Shown one piece after another: positions 12,578 through 25,258 of a stretch of 64,000 bases of DNA (position 1 is the stretch's first letter; each line of letters begins with the position of its first letter). This DNA is from Lophium mytilinum. Its lineage: Eukaryota. The notes under the pieces were generated by a model that saw only the letters and a program-made list of their open reading frames with translations, did not search any database and was not told where the DNA came from. Where the stretch lies: positions 2,170,001 through 2,234,000 of the forward strand of contig MU004183.1 in the NCBI GenBank assembly GCA_010093605.1, written 5' to 3'. Made by a program: the position numbers and the translations under genes.

Positions 12578-13559
12578 ATGGCCCGCCGACCAGCCCGCTG
12601 CTACCGCTACTGCAAGAACAAGCCGTACCCCAAGTCCCGCTTCAACCGCGGTGTGCCCGACCCCAAGATCCGCATCTTCGATTTGGGCCGCAAGCGTGCC
12701 TCCGTCGACGATTTCCCGCTCTGCGTCCATCTTGTTTCCAACGAGTTGGAACAGCTCAGCTCCGAGGCGCTCGAAGCCGCGCGTATCTGGTAAATAACAC
12801 CCCAGGCGAAGCTTCAAGACAGCGACTGTCAGCTATATGAATTTTTACTAACCTGTCACAGTGCCAACAAGTGCGTAAACCCCTCAAACCTCTTCTCCGA
12901 CCGTCGGCGGACATATACTGCATACGAGGAAGAAATTATGGGCTGATACATTGGATTTAGGTACTTGACTAAGAACGGTGGCAAAGATGCGTTCCATCTA
13001 CGCGTGAGGGTATGTTTCGAACAGAAGATATCAAAAAATGGCATTGACTAATTATATCCAGGCCCACCCTTACCACGTCGTCCGCATCAACAAGATGGTA
13101 AACAGATCACCCTTTTGAGTGACGAGCGGAAATCTAACAATCTCAAGTTGTCGTGCGCTGGTGCCGATCGTCTTCAGACCGGTATGCGTGGTGCCTTCGG
13201 AAAGCCACAGGGTCTCGTTGCCCGTGTCAAGATCGGACAGATTCTCCTCAGCGTCCGGACTAGGGACTCCCGTATGTCTCAATCGCTTCAAAACCTGGAT
13301 TACAAATACTGATTATAAATGCAATTTAGAACGTGCTCACGCTCTCGAGGCCATGCGCCGATCCCAGTACAAGTTCCCCGGCCGCCAAAAGATCATCGTC
13401 TCCAAGAACTGGGGCTTCACCTCCATGCGCCGCGAGGAATACATCGAGGCCAAGAAGGCCGGTACCATCAAGCCTGACGGTTGCTACATCAAGATTCTGT
13501 CTACCAACGGACCGATTGCGAAGAACGTGGCGGCTTTCCCCTCTGCTTTCACTGCGTAA
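12578..13559 (+). CDS. RPL10: 60S ribosomal protein L10 (uL16), 6 exons
   Basis: [39 protein letters not shown]...[20 protein letters not shown]...KFPGRQKII. Five introns, including a 9-nt micro-exon at 12862-12870. Confidence 0.98.
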
Positions 13560-14107
13560 GGATGATGGGTGACATGGGGCAGCGAATGGAGAGATGGAGA
13601 GAGGGTTGTGTTGATTAAAACCCGGCGGTTGTGTAGCTCAGATACCAATGCAACATGACCCGGTTACTCTATGACAATCCTTCTTTGGAATGCCAATGAA
13701 ATTGGGCTATTGGTGATTCAAGCAGGAGTTCAAGGAAATAGTTGGAGATCTTGAATTGTCTCGATCCGCCATATTTCTTGCAACGCGATCATAACAGAGG
13801 CCAACCCGCAATCTCCCAAATACGCTAAATAACACTAACCCATACACACAAGTAAACCGAGCCTAGCAACAGGCGTATCGCGTTTACACTTCCGATAAAT
13901 GGAGGGTGGGGTCTCGAAAATAGTCAACACGAACCTCGGCACCTCGCACTCCGCCAATCGCAGCGCTCGAAACTGACCTTACGCCGAATCGACAAGCCCT
14001 CAAATCCTCCATTGAGCTCCACAATGTAGACCCAGAGCTTCATCCCTCCGCTCCTTCTTCTTTTCTCCATCCTTCCTTTCAAGTTGTATCTTCATTTTTG
14101 CGCCATC

Positions 14108-16322
14108 ATGCCCCACCAAACGCTCACCCGCGCCGCCGTTGCGGAGCACAATACCCCAGACTCCCTGTGGTGTATCATCGACCACCGCGTCTACGACCTC
14201 ACCGACTTCGCCGACGCGCACCCTGGCGGGAGCGTCGTGCTCGAGCAAGTCGCCGGCACTGGTATGTAAAGCCCTCTCACACATACGGGAGTCATTTAGT
14301 ATAAATGTACCTGGAAATCTGTTGAAGCACGCCTTATGTCGTGCTTGAAGACCCACCGAAGCCGCATCCAAACGTTCTAGTTGCTTCAAGGCCGGTAAAT
14401 GGTGTCTTCAACACGACTTAAGAGGTAGACAACCACGCCGGGCATGGAAAAATGGCATACTCATCAAGATCTGTCTTTTGCGGTCGTGTGTACACCTGTC
14501 TGCCACTGCCTGGAGTGCTTCAATACGTTTCCAGATAGCCCAAAGCTATCTCATTCCTATTTCTAGATATGTATTGAAGCACCCCAAACAGCGGCAGCCA
14601 GGTGTATAAGAGGCAGAATGCGGTTGAGTGTGCCACCTTTTTCATGCCCTACGTGACAGGGACAATTACCGCTATCGGATCTAGCATATGTCGCAAAACC
14701 TCCTGATTCGTAGAGAACCTACTAACGTGTAGACTGCTACTTCAAGACGCCACCGAAACCTTCTACAACCTGCACCGGCAAGCCATCCTCCAAAAATACG
14801 CCTCCCTCAGCATCGGCGTGCTCGAAGGCGAGACGCCCGAAGTCATCGTCCCCCAACCCGGCGACCTCTGCCCCGTACCCTACGCCGAACCACTATGGCT
14901 GCGCCCCGAGTTCAAGAGCCCCTACTACAACGACAGCTACTGGCGGTTGCAGAAAGCGTTGCGAGTATTCGTAGACACCCACGTCTACCCCGAGGCACAG
15001 GAGCGCGAGCGAGATGGGAAGTACATCAGCCAAGAGCTGATTGACCGGATGGCGGCGGAGAACATGCTGGGGCTGCGGTTGGGGCCGGGGAAGCACCTGC
15101 ATGGGAAGATCCTACCTGGGGACGTCAGGGGGGAGGAGTTTGACTACCTGCATGATTTGATCCAGGCGCAGGAGTTCAATCGGGCGAATGCGAGGGGGTT
15201 CCAGGATGGGAATATGGCGGGAATGGTTATTAGTTTGACGGCGATACTGCAGTGGATGGGGGATGAGGGGGTGAAGCAGAGGGTGGCGGAGGAGGTGCTG
15301 AGTGGGAGGAAGAAGGTGTGTTTGGCGATTACAGAGGCGTTTGCGGGGAGTGATGTGGCGGGGTTAAGGACGACGGCGACGAAGACGGAGGATGGGAAGT
15401 ATTATGTTGTGAGTGGGACGAAGAAGTGGATTACGAATGGGATGTTCTGTGACTATTTTGTTACGGGGTGTAAGACGGAGAAGGGGTTCTCGGTCATTTT
15501 GGTACCGAGAGGGGAGGGCGTCGACACGAGGTTGATCAAGACGGCGTATTCGACGGCTGCGGGGACGGCGTTTGTGGAGTTTAAAAATGTGAAGGTTCCG
15601 GTGGAGAATCTGCTGGGAGAGGAGCATAAGGGGTTCGCGGTGATCAGTAAGAGAAGAAGCCCTATCAGTCGATGATTCAGGATGCTAATCTGTGCAGTGA
15701 GCAACTTTAACCATGAACGTTTCATGATGGTCTGCGCCGTAGTACGAGGCTCCCGGACTGTAGTAGAGGAGTGTCTGAAGTGGTGCAACCAGCGGATCGT
15801 TTTCGGGAAGAAGCTCATCGAACAGCCTGCAATTAGGCAAAAGTTAGTCCCCACCTATATTGGGTTTCTCTTTTTCAAATTAGTCTCGAAGCGTCGGGCT
15901 TGGAACAAAACCAGCTCGTGGCCTCATCCAGCGTTGCATCCCATAGGTGATCCGAAAGGCAAGTTACCCAGGCTGACGATTACAGGCTGGCAAGAATGAT
16001 ATCGCACGTAGAAGCCAACCAGGCGTGGCTCGAGCAAATTGCCTACCAGATGAACAACATGAGCTATGCGCAGCAGGCGAAATCGCTGGGTGGCCCGATT
16101 GGGTTGCTGAAATCGTACTCGACGCGGTCAGCCCATGAAATCGCAGACGACGCGGTCAACATATTTGGAGGACGAGGTCTGACCCAGACTGGGATGGGGA
16201 AGGTCATCGAGGGCTTCCACCGAGGCTATAAGTTCGATGCAATTCTGGGTGGTACGGAGGAAATATTGGCAGACTTGGGTGTGAGACAGGCCATGAAAGG
16301 GTTCCCCAAGAGCATGCTCTAG
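14108..16322 (+). CDS. Acyl-CoA dehydrogenase with N-terminal cytochrome b5 heme-binding domain
   Basis: LWCIIDHRVYDLTDFADAHPGG (b5 domain), CLAITEAFAGSDVAG, GTKKWITNG, FNHER and AILGGTEEI. Introns at 14262-14746, ~15647-15698 and ~15843-15986. Confidence 0.93.
14434..14655. mobile_element. MITE/foldback-like element with ~85-bp imperfect inverted arms, inside intron 1 of the acyl-CoA dehydrogenase
   Basis: Left arm CACGCCGGGCATGGAAAAATGGCATACTCA...ACACCTGTCTGCCACTGCCTGGAGTGCTTCAATA. The right arm is its approximate reverse complement (TATTGAAGCACCCC...TGAGTGTGCCACCTTTTTCATGCCCTACGTG). A second copy lies at 47246-47481. Confidence 0.75.
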
Positions 16323-16397
16323 GCGAAGCTGTTGTGTGTAACACTCCGAACCGTGGGGAGACAGGGCTTGTTGAACACAAAGTGGCAGCCTATTCTG

Positions 16398-16492
16398 ACG
16401 CCGTCTGAGGTGGCCCGAAAACCTATCAGGCGTGCCAGAGTCGCCTTTTCTCGATTCACAATGACATACTAGGGGGCCTTAAGCGGTGCCAG
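16398..16492 (-). repeat. Copy of a dispersed ~95-bp element with short inverted ends
   Basis: GCCGTCTGAGGTGGCCCG...GGGGCCTTAAGCGGTGCC aligns by eye with copies near 23583, 27247, 45455, 45676, 47137 and 55643. Confidence 0.65.
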
Positions 16493-17366
16493 GAGTGTAT
16501 ATAGCCCTGAAGGTTTGTATCTAAAGTATCAGAAATTCTAGAATATGGTCATAGATTCGTGGGCTACCACTTGTTGTTCAACGACCCCTAGGAGCCTCCC
16601 AGGCACAAGAGAAATGTGGACGTAGCACCCGCATCTATAAGTGTCCAGGGGTGCCACCGAGCTGCAGAGGACGGACGGAATAGGAAATGTAAACGTAAAT
16701 TCCAACCTACCACACTGTATCACAACCAACCCGGGAATACAGGACGGAGAGTGTCTTGGATGTCCGCAGTCTGCTCTCCCTGCCTAGATGCAAGTCTCCA
16801 AGCGAACGTCGAGGTGAAGAAGGCTGCCAATGTTCTATGCAGCAAGGGCGCGGCGGTATTGGAGCAGCCTAAACGACAGCGCGCTCTCTAGCTCACTAAC
16901 ATCGGTACAGCCAAAGTGTCGGTGAGGAGAGCCTTTAGGTGGCGCCGCGCAACACGGCGGACGGTACCGAGCACTGCAACTAGGTACGGTAGAAGATAGC
17001 TAAGCGTGCTAAGGCGCTAAGCCATATTAAGCAATTTCCATCAATATAATACAGAAGTAATTAACTACTTAGTAAGCTTACTAGGCCTCCTTCAACGGCG
17101 TTAACTACTTAATAACCTCCTCGCCTTGTCCAAGGCATTCGTCACCTGCTACCCTTTCACCACCACTCTCTCTGCTTATTAACTGCCGGCGTCTTATCCC
17201 TCCTCGCCACACTCCTTCCTGAGCTCTTACACCCTCCTCGCCCCAACAACCTCACCACCATCTCCGCGTCGCCTTAGCCTTATCTCCACCACTGCTCAAA
17301 GCGCCACTACGCCTGTCGTCATCACAGCAGCCTCCTTCACTCACACTTCCGCCTACGCTCACCGCC

Positions 17367-17934
17367 ATGCCTCGCTCCAACAGCATTTCCTCCGTTTCGT
17401 CGGCCTCGTCCCTTGCGGAGTCCGAAGAACGAATGCAGATCTTCGTCAAGAACATCGCAGGCGACAGTGAGCACCCTCCAGCAGCAGCAGCTCCGTTCAT
17501 CCGGCTAACCAGCAGCAGCAATACCACTCACCATTCCCTCAAACACCTCCATATCCACTCTCCGCTCGCTGCTCGCACTGCGAACGAACCTCCCGTCATC
17601 GGACCTCCGCCTAGTCTTTGCGGGGAAGCACCTGTGTGACTCCGAGTCCACCCTCGCCGATTACAGCATCGCGCGGGAATCGACACTGCACCTGGCCCTA
17701 CCTCTGCGCGGTGGAATGCCGCCCAAGAAGATCCGGTGCAGCTACAAAACCTGCAAGGACGCGGCCCAGCGCATCGTCGGCGACTGCGGCTTCTGCTCCG
17801 GCCACTTCTGCGGCAAGCACCGCCTGCTAGAAGACCACAAGTGCGAGGGGCTCGAGGACTGCAAGAAAGAGAGCCACGAGCGGAACGCGGACAAGCTCAA
17901 CTCGGAGCGAACTGTGGCTATCAAGGGGATATAA
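17367..17934 (+). CDS. Ubiquitin-like domain + AN1-type zinc finger protein
   Basis: MQIFVKNIAGD, then intron 17467-~17518, then TIPLTIP...LRLVFAGKHL...TLADYSIARESTLHLALPLRGG, followed by AN1 finger CSYKTC...CGFCSGHFCGKHRLLEDHKC. Confidence 0.9.
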
Positions 17935-20659
17935 CGGGGCCAATGTCGGGATCGGGATTCAGGATCTTATGCTTGGTTGGCAGCACAGCGCGAAATGCTC
18001 CCCTTGATTATCTGAAGCGTTTTCGGCAACAGGCGTTCATCTGCTTTTGGAAGGATCCGGGTTGCGGGTCTAATACTGATTATGGGAAGGAATTGTCTTC
18101 CATGTTTTTGTGGCGGTATATGGAGCAGCAACTACTACTCAGGGGCTTGAGTAGCTGGAGTAGCTAATACCTTTGACTCAATTCCCAACTCATAACATAC
18201 ACAGCCACACATCTTCCTGACACTCGCACACGCGTATGACTCTAAAGCCTGAAAAAGTTTTCCGGCCTCTCTGCCCATGTGGCGAGACCGCCTGCCTGCA
18301 CCTGCATGGAACATGAATCCAACCTGGTCACGCGACATGCACCCCTTCGCCAAACTTACTCTCCCGCTCCTCTCAGGCCTAACTTCGCGGACCGAACTAA
18401 TTGTTGCGCTTATCGGCCTGGTGCTGTAGCACTGCCGCAACTCTCCCTTGACTCTAGACTCACAAAGAGACTGATCTGCTATCACCGCTAGATTGCTCGC
18501 AGCGTTCAAGATTGTCTCCAGACTTCTTGGCCAAGATGATGCATTCTAGACAACCAAGCGGCCATGGGAGCAGAACATTGGCGCCTAGAACCTGGTTCGT
18601 GACACGAGAGCATGTTGGAGGTCAGAGGGAGAGCTGGAGGTCGCGACTCAGGTGAGAGTGCGGCATGAGCTAGAGTCTAGAAACCTTGGAACTCTGGGAT
18701 TTCGGAGCAGCGAGCTGGGCACGTGGTACAGTACATCTAATATTTGGCTGAACCTTAAGATTTGTGGCTGCTGACACATAGGATTCTAAAGGACAGTCCA
18801 CAAAGACTATCGCCTATAGACCTATAGTTTAAAGTACTATTGCGGCGTTCTCAGCGAGCCAGCAAAGACCATACCTGGCACCGGCATCGGATGTCCGTCA
18901 TGTTTGCCTCTACCCCGGAATTATGCTGATAAGATAACTATGCATGGAATCTCCTTGCGCGAGTACAACATACTTTTCGATTCTGGTCAGCGGTCTTCAC
19001 TAGAGCAGACCTCACGAGTTATTGTCTGAATTGCAATGGCGAGCACCGCACAAAGAAAGCCTTTGTTGCTTTCAAAGATCGACCGGGCGTATTTCGGAAA
19101 GATTAGATAGAGTTCACCAGGGAGATGGAGTAGCAATCCTGCCGTCTTGCCGCCACCAAGAAGCTCCGGAACGTGTCCGTGTTTCCAAGATCTGCTCACA
19201 CTCGGCGGTGAGTATCGTCGTGGTACAGCATCTTGGCGACGCTTCCAAGTCGGGCCGGAACACCTGTACGCATCAGCTTCTAGGGGGCTGTGTCGAGTGT
19301 CCCCATCTCTACCCGACTCCAGAACACGCAAGTCTTCAGTTCGATTGCATCCGCGGCCACGGGTCTCTGAGATGGTGGATCTCAACGCGACGCACCATCC
19401 CTTGGCCCGAGGACTCAGCCCTCTGGGGTCATCGCCCGGGTGACGAGGCAGCCGTGAGACAAGCTTTCCGGCAATCTGCGACTGGAAGATTTTCCTTGGG
19501 TTGCTTCTTTCATGATAGTATATTTGCTCAATGTTTTTGCTGTTCCCGTTATATTCCCTTTTTCTCTCCTTTCCTACGCTGTCATATAATCTACGTTCTA
19601 TTTACGCCCTGTCCTTGTGCTCCCATGCCAAGAAGCATGCATGTATCATGCCTCATGCCTAGACGTTGCAGGCCCCATGGGATATGCGTCGGTCGTCGTA
19701 CTATCACTCAGAATTGTTTTCAGAGATGAGAGTTAGACCCGCCAAGAGACATGAGTGAATAGGAAATGGACGGATGACTGCATAGAGCCGCAGCGGATTG
19801 GAAGAAGCCTCCTACCCGCTTGGCGATGGGGCTTCTGAGTGAGCGGACGACCACATTTCACACTTCGCAGTGCACTCCGCCGGATTGCCAAGCATGTGCG
19901 GGCCTTCCCGCTCCGCTAAGACGCACTACGACGCCTCCTTGCAGAACGTATCTGTATCACCCATCGGGCACAAAACTCTTGGACCCTCTCTAGGCAGAGG
20001 CGGAGCCGCAACCCGACGGCCCCTTTCAGTTACTTCCATGTTCTTATCGAGACGATCTGACGTTCTGATGCTCTTCATGGGACCTAGTCGCGACGGGATG
20101 GCATTGTTGACGTTCTGGGTAGGGGGGAACCGTGGAACCATGACTGGCTGCTAGCACTCCATTGGTAGACCATACTTTTATCTCTGGCCAGACTGCCAAC
20201 ATCCTTGGCAGCCATAGTATTAATCTTCTCCCCACGACGCACAAAACGAAGAGTATCGGAGAGTGGACCGTATTGTCGTCTTGGCGTGTCTTGGGTTTCC
20301 TCCGCCATGGACGGGCCCTATCATCCTCCGAAATAACGTCACTACCTCATGAAGCACACCGGCTATATAGATACCGGCTAGCCCCCACTAAATCTGGTCG
20401 CTATATTTCCCCCGCTATACTCAAAGATTGACCCAAGACCCAATCTTTTGATTGGAATTTTCAGATACACTTTCTACGTGTCCCTTATTACAAAGGCCCA
20501 TTCTTTTATCTACTGAAACCCCCTGGCACTAGAGGACCCTCCATTATCATACCTGTATTGACGCTGTTATACAGCTTTGATGCAGCCTGGTTCACATCTA
20601 CCCAGTCGTCAATATCTGATCATACTTCGCAAGGACGTAACTCAAAAGCCTTGATTCGA

Positions 20660-22788
20660 ATGTCAAACATCGCTACGATGAATTTTGATGAGGCCGCGCA
20701 CCAAAGGTCTGCCGCCGTCCGCATGGAGGTCAACTGGCCACGAAGTTGGCGAGCTTACTTTTGCTGGCTCGGATGCTTCTTCCTCATGTTCAATAGCTGG
20801 GGCCTCGTCAACGCCTATGGAACCTTCGCCTCCTACTATATGGGCCACACGCTCAAAGGCCAGGCCGGTGGTCAGCTTTCTCTCAACTTGATCGGTTCGA
20901 CGCAGTCATTTTTAGTCTTGCTCTTCTCCGGGCCCGTGGGGAGGTTGCTCGATGCTGGACACTTCCGTGTGGTCATCGGGACAGGCGCTTTCCTCGTGCC
21001 ATTCGGTTTGATGATGCTCAGTATTGCGGTACCGAGTGGAGCGGGCGCGAAAGGGAATTATGCTTTCATCTGGCTTACTCAGGGTCTCACCACTGGCCTG
21101 GGAATGGCTTGCTACTTTGTAACCAGCTCTCAAGGTATTTTGGGATGTCGCAAAAATGATTCCATTGATCACTAATAGGGTGATCTTTAGTCGCTGCTAC
21201 CTGGTTCCCTCGCCGTAAAGGACTGGCTGTCGGTTTTGTCGCATGTGGTGCGAGTGTTGGTGAGTCTCTTAACTCCTGATTAATGGCTCCACCAGAATCT
21301 CATCCATATTCCTTGAGATCTCAAAAGCTAAAAAGGAATTAGCCGGTGTCATCTACCCAGTAATGATACGATACATCACTGCCCTCATCGGATTCAACAA
21401 TGCCGTCAGATGCGTAGCCGCAGTCGCAGCCGGCACCGGATTCTTCTCGTTCGTCTTCGCAACTCCCGATCCACATCACGAGCATCCACAACCGCAAAGC
21501 TATCGAAAACTGAAAACGTGGATCGACACCGCAGCGTTCAAGAATACTGCATTTTGCTGGTACATGGTGTCGATTTCATTCCTCTTCTTTGGCTTCTACC
21601 CTGTATTCTTCAATTTGGAAGAGGTGAGCCCCATATATAGCCGTACTCGTATGAGACTCTCTGATGCTAACATATATTCCCTCTACTCAGTGGGCAGCAA
21701 CCCGCAACTTTGGTTACCGTGACGGTCTCGGTGCCGCAGAAAACCAGGGCCCGCCGAGGCCATCAGGCCGCGAAGATCCCATCCAAACATTCTGGCTCCT
21801 GAGCATCATGAACGGCTCCAGCACCTGCGGACGCCTCATCATGGCCTTCCTCAGCGACAGGTAAGTTTCCAACACCCATCATCACCAACACACACAGCCA
21901 TGCCTAACACCACATCCACCCAGTTTCGGCCCCCTAAACATGCACATCGCCACCACCCTCATCTCCGCCCTCCTCATCCTCCTCTTCTGGACTTTCGCCG
22001 CCTCCACCACCCACGCCATCGCCTTCTGCGTCCTCTTCGGCGCCTTCTCGGGCGCCGTCATCGGCCTGCCCCCCGCAGGTGTCGCCAACATCCTCGCCAA
22101 CAACTTCGCCCGCATCGCCCTCTCGCGCACCGTCTCCACCTCGCGCGCCCCCTCCCTCCACCTCAACCACGCCGCCACTGCCGCCGACGACGACACCCTC
22201 GCCGCCCTCCCCACCACCCTACCCCCGGCCACGCTGCAGAACCTCCGCCAGGTCGCCATGGCCGACGACCTCGGCCCCAGCTTCGACCCCCACACGCGCC
22301 TCGGGCAGTGGGTCGGCATGATGTACTCTGGCGCGGCGGTGCCCGCGCTCGCGGGGCCTGTCATCGCCGGCGCGCTGATCCAGCACTATCGCGACTACAT
22401 TACCGTGCAGATGTGGAGCGGGGCGTGTCTGGTGCTCAGCGCGGCGTGCATGGGTGTTGCAAGATACCATCTGCCGAGCCGCGGCGGGCTGCGCTGGAAC
22501 GAGCGCACGATGTCGTTCTTGCCGTGGCGGTCGGAGAGGAGCGAGGCTGGGAATGAGAGTGAGAGAGATGAGATTGTGGGGCCGGTGAGGGTGGGGACTG
22601 GGGAGAGTGGGGGGAGTGAGACGATTAGGGTTGAGGGGGAGGAGGAGAAGAGGAGTTTGGGGGGGAGTGGGGGGAGTGAGAGGGTTGAGGGGGAGGAGGA
22701 GAGGAAGAGTTTGAGGGGGAGTGAGGATGGCAGGATTAGGTTTGTGGGGGTTGAGGGGGCTAAGGAGAAGGGTGGGGAGGCTGTTTGA
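20660..22788 (+). CDS. MFS transporter, monocarboxylate porter (Mch-like) family; multi-exon
   Basis: WRAYFCWLGCFFLMFNSWGLVNAYGTF, IGSTQSF, GRLLDAGHFR, ATWFPRRKGLAVG and multiple TM segments. At least four GT-AG introns. Confidence 0.88.
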
Positions 22789-23582
22789 GTGCTGGTGCTC
22801 CTTTTCGTTTATTTTTGGCTTTTGGGTAGGGCGTTCGGATGGGTAGGCGCGTTGCTTGGGAATCTGGATGATCGTGCTGTGAGCTAGGGAGGTTGGGTTC
22901 CCGATGAGATATGGCACAGTTTCTCTCACTTTTAACGACTTCATTCCGGATGCCAGGATCAGCACAGGGTAGTTTCAGGAGCCTCGTTGTTGGCATTAAC
23001 AACGACGAACCTCTCTTTCGTTAGATACCCATAGATAGATTAGATTGACTGATCTTAACGCTATCGCGCAAACTTTTGACCTACTGCTCTGTGGCCTACC
23101 CTATCGATCAGGCTGCGGCTAATAAGAAGCTCTGGTTCCTGCATCCGTCATGAGAATTACGTTGACTTGCGGCTATTCTAACTTCTTAGACATAACCATG
23201 CAAACTTAGTCTCCAGATTTGAGCTTCGCCAGATAGCCCCTAACCGCTGAGGTGCAACACTCGGTGCAGGGGGCATCTACAAAGCATTTAAGTAAGCAAG
23301 TCGACTTAGCTAGCTCCCTGGCCCCAGATTGATGCAATAGAATAACAAAACTCCACTCTGGGTAATGGTATACCAAGGTGAGGAAGTTCTATCTCCTTTC
23401 TATTTCCGCGAAGGTGTTGGGGCATATACTAAGCAGTGTCATACATGGGTATACGCATGAGGCGACTCGCAAGGAATAGGGTTATAACTTATTCTATGCC
23501 TAGGTGGTTCGTAGGGTCAAGAGACCTTTCTTTCAAACATAAACGTTGAGAATGTTTCCAAGCGGCATACCTACCCTTGTTT

Positions 23583-23708
23583 GGCACCGTTTGAGGTCCT
23601 CCAGTATGCTATCTGCTCTTTATAAAATACCAGCTTTGGAAAGCCTAAGAGCTCTCCGGGCCACCTTAGATAGTATTAAACTACCTAGAAGTGCTACTTA
23701 TTTCCTGC
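23583..23708 (+). repeat. RIP-mutated copy of the ~95-bp element plus flank; direct repeat of 27247-27372
   Basis: GCACCGTTTGAGGTCCTCCAGTAT...AGCTCTCCGGGCCACCTTAGATAGTATTAAACTACC versus GCACTGTCTGAGGCCCACCAGTAT...AGCTCTCCGGGCCACCTCAGACGGTTTTGAACCGC. Many differences are C>T or G>A and create TpA. Confidence 0.75.
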
Positions 23709-24449
23709 GTAGCGCCGGAATAAAGTTACTTTATGAATTCCTTGAATTCCTAAATCCCGCTATACTGTTCAGATTTTATATAGTTCCTGCCGGTAAAAGT
23801 AGGATAAATCCAGGCGTTTATATTCAGGGTAGTCAAGGCACTAAAGCAACTATAGACTCAAGATTCGGTGGAAAGGGAACTTTATGAGGAGGATCCCAAC
23901 GTTATGTGCACGGTAGAGCGTGAGGTGCTCACTGAGTTAGTCTGAAGTATGTATCATAATTCAAGTGTGTATGCCTTGGGGCTCTAAATGACGAATACGT
24001 ATTTTAGAACCTAATACAATCTCCCAGTCATCCATTCTCTCGAAAGAAGGAGAGCCTCCAGAGCATTTCAAGTCGCGGAAAACACTTCACTGCCGCGTTT
24101 TAGGGCGCAGAGTGAGCGGGAGCATGCTGAAGAACGCAAAGACCGTGAGCCGCCGAGCAGAAGGAGGCCTCGAAGGAAATCGTAGCAGCCCGGTGCCACA
24201 GCATCCGAAGGGCGCGATCTTTGCACACAGCATTGCTCAGTTCCGAGAAGCACGCCTTCTTGATGTAGTCATCGTCGCGATTCAGGATGGCGGCAGCTAT
24301 ATCGACACCGGCGACGGGGCATTGTAGACTCGCTCCCCAACGCCTCGAGCCAGTCCAAATCACTCATCAGGCTGACAACAAAACTTGCATGTGCGCTTAC
24401 TTGAGCTCCCAGTTAGCATCTGCCCAGTCTAATGAGAATAGGATTTCAC

Positions 24450-24965
24450 TCACTTCGTGAAATGATTCTCGCCGAAGAAGAGAGCCCCACCCTTGGGATT
24501 GGAGATCGTGAAGTTTTTAGAAGAGCCTTGGAAGTATATGTTACAGCTTCTAGGATTATCTATCGTGCCGTTTGCATCATTCCATATGTAGATGTTGCAG
24601 CTGACAGGGTTGAAAATATCGCTCGCGCTGTATGTGTGGACGTTGATATTGCAGGTATTCGCGTTGGTGATATGGCCAGTACTGCCTTGTTGAATGCATA
24701 GGTTGCAGCTTGTAGGAACGATGTTGCCATACTTCTCTGTCGTGGTATTGATATTGCAGTATGTGAGACGAAATATCTGTATGAACGGCTCTGGGTGGGA
24801 CGAGGAAATAGTGAGGTTCATGCTGGTGACGTTGCCTGATGAGGTTGCTTGAATAGCAGTAGATCTAGGCTGTTCCTGCACCTCGACTCTAGTACTATTT
24901 TCGGCCAAGATAGCATTGTAGGGTGGAGGGTGCTCCTCGCAACGTGCGCTTGAAGAATTGCCCAT
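24450..24965 (-). CDS. Orphan protein with ~18-aa C-N-I repeats (predicted beta-helix)
   Basis: Five periodic units: CNINTTTE..., CNLCIQQG..., CNINVHTY..., CNIYIWND..., CNIYFQGS.... Clear paralog of 25259-25969. The apparent stop overlaps a GTGAGT donor, so a short extra 3' exon (to ~24360) is possible. Confidence 0.7.
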   Translation of the reverse strand: MGNSSSARCEEHPPPYNAILAENSTRVEVQEQPRSTAIQATSSGNVTSMNLTISSSHPEPFIQIFRLTYCNINTTTEKYGNIVPTSCNLCIQQGSTGHITNANTCNINVHTYSASDIFNPVSCNIYIWNDANGTIDNPRSCNIYFQGSSKNFTISNPKGGALFFGENHFTK

Positions 24966-25258
24966 GGTTTAAAAGAAAGGAATAGATCTCAAAATTCTCT
25001 CTAAATGGTTTTGAAGAATGTGGGCAAGAGGGCAGCTGTAATGGTATGGAACTTGAGTTGTTTAATTTCCAAGGTCATTCGTTGTAGCTAGACCGTTCTT
25101 GACTCTATCGTGCCGTGGTTGTAACATCGCCATGGCATGGTAATACCAAGAAACAAAAGAACGCCCCATCCCGCAATAAGCCAATCAAATGATCAATCCA
25201 CAATAACACTTTTCCGACCGTCAACGCCGACGTGCAATCTTACAAGGGCAACTTCAGA

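Noticed and set aside
18135..20431. ORFs such as 19022-19729 and 18987-19385 upstream of the MFS gene
   Set aside because: Mostly non-ATG starts, no recognisable domain or coding-like composition, and no convincing splice model. Treated as intergenic, though an upstream exon cannot be excluded.
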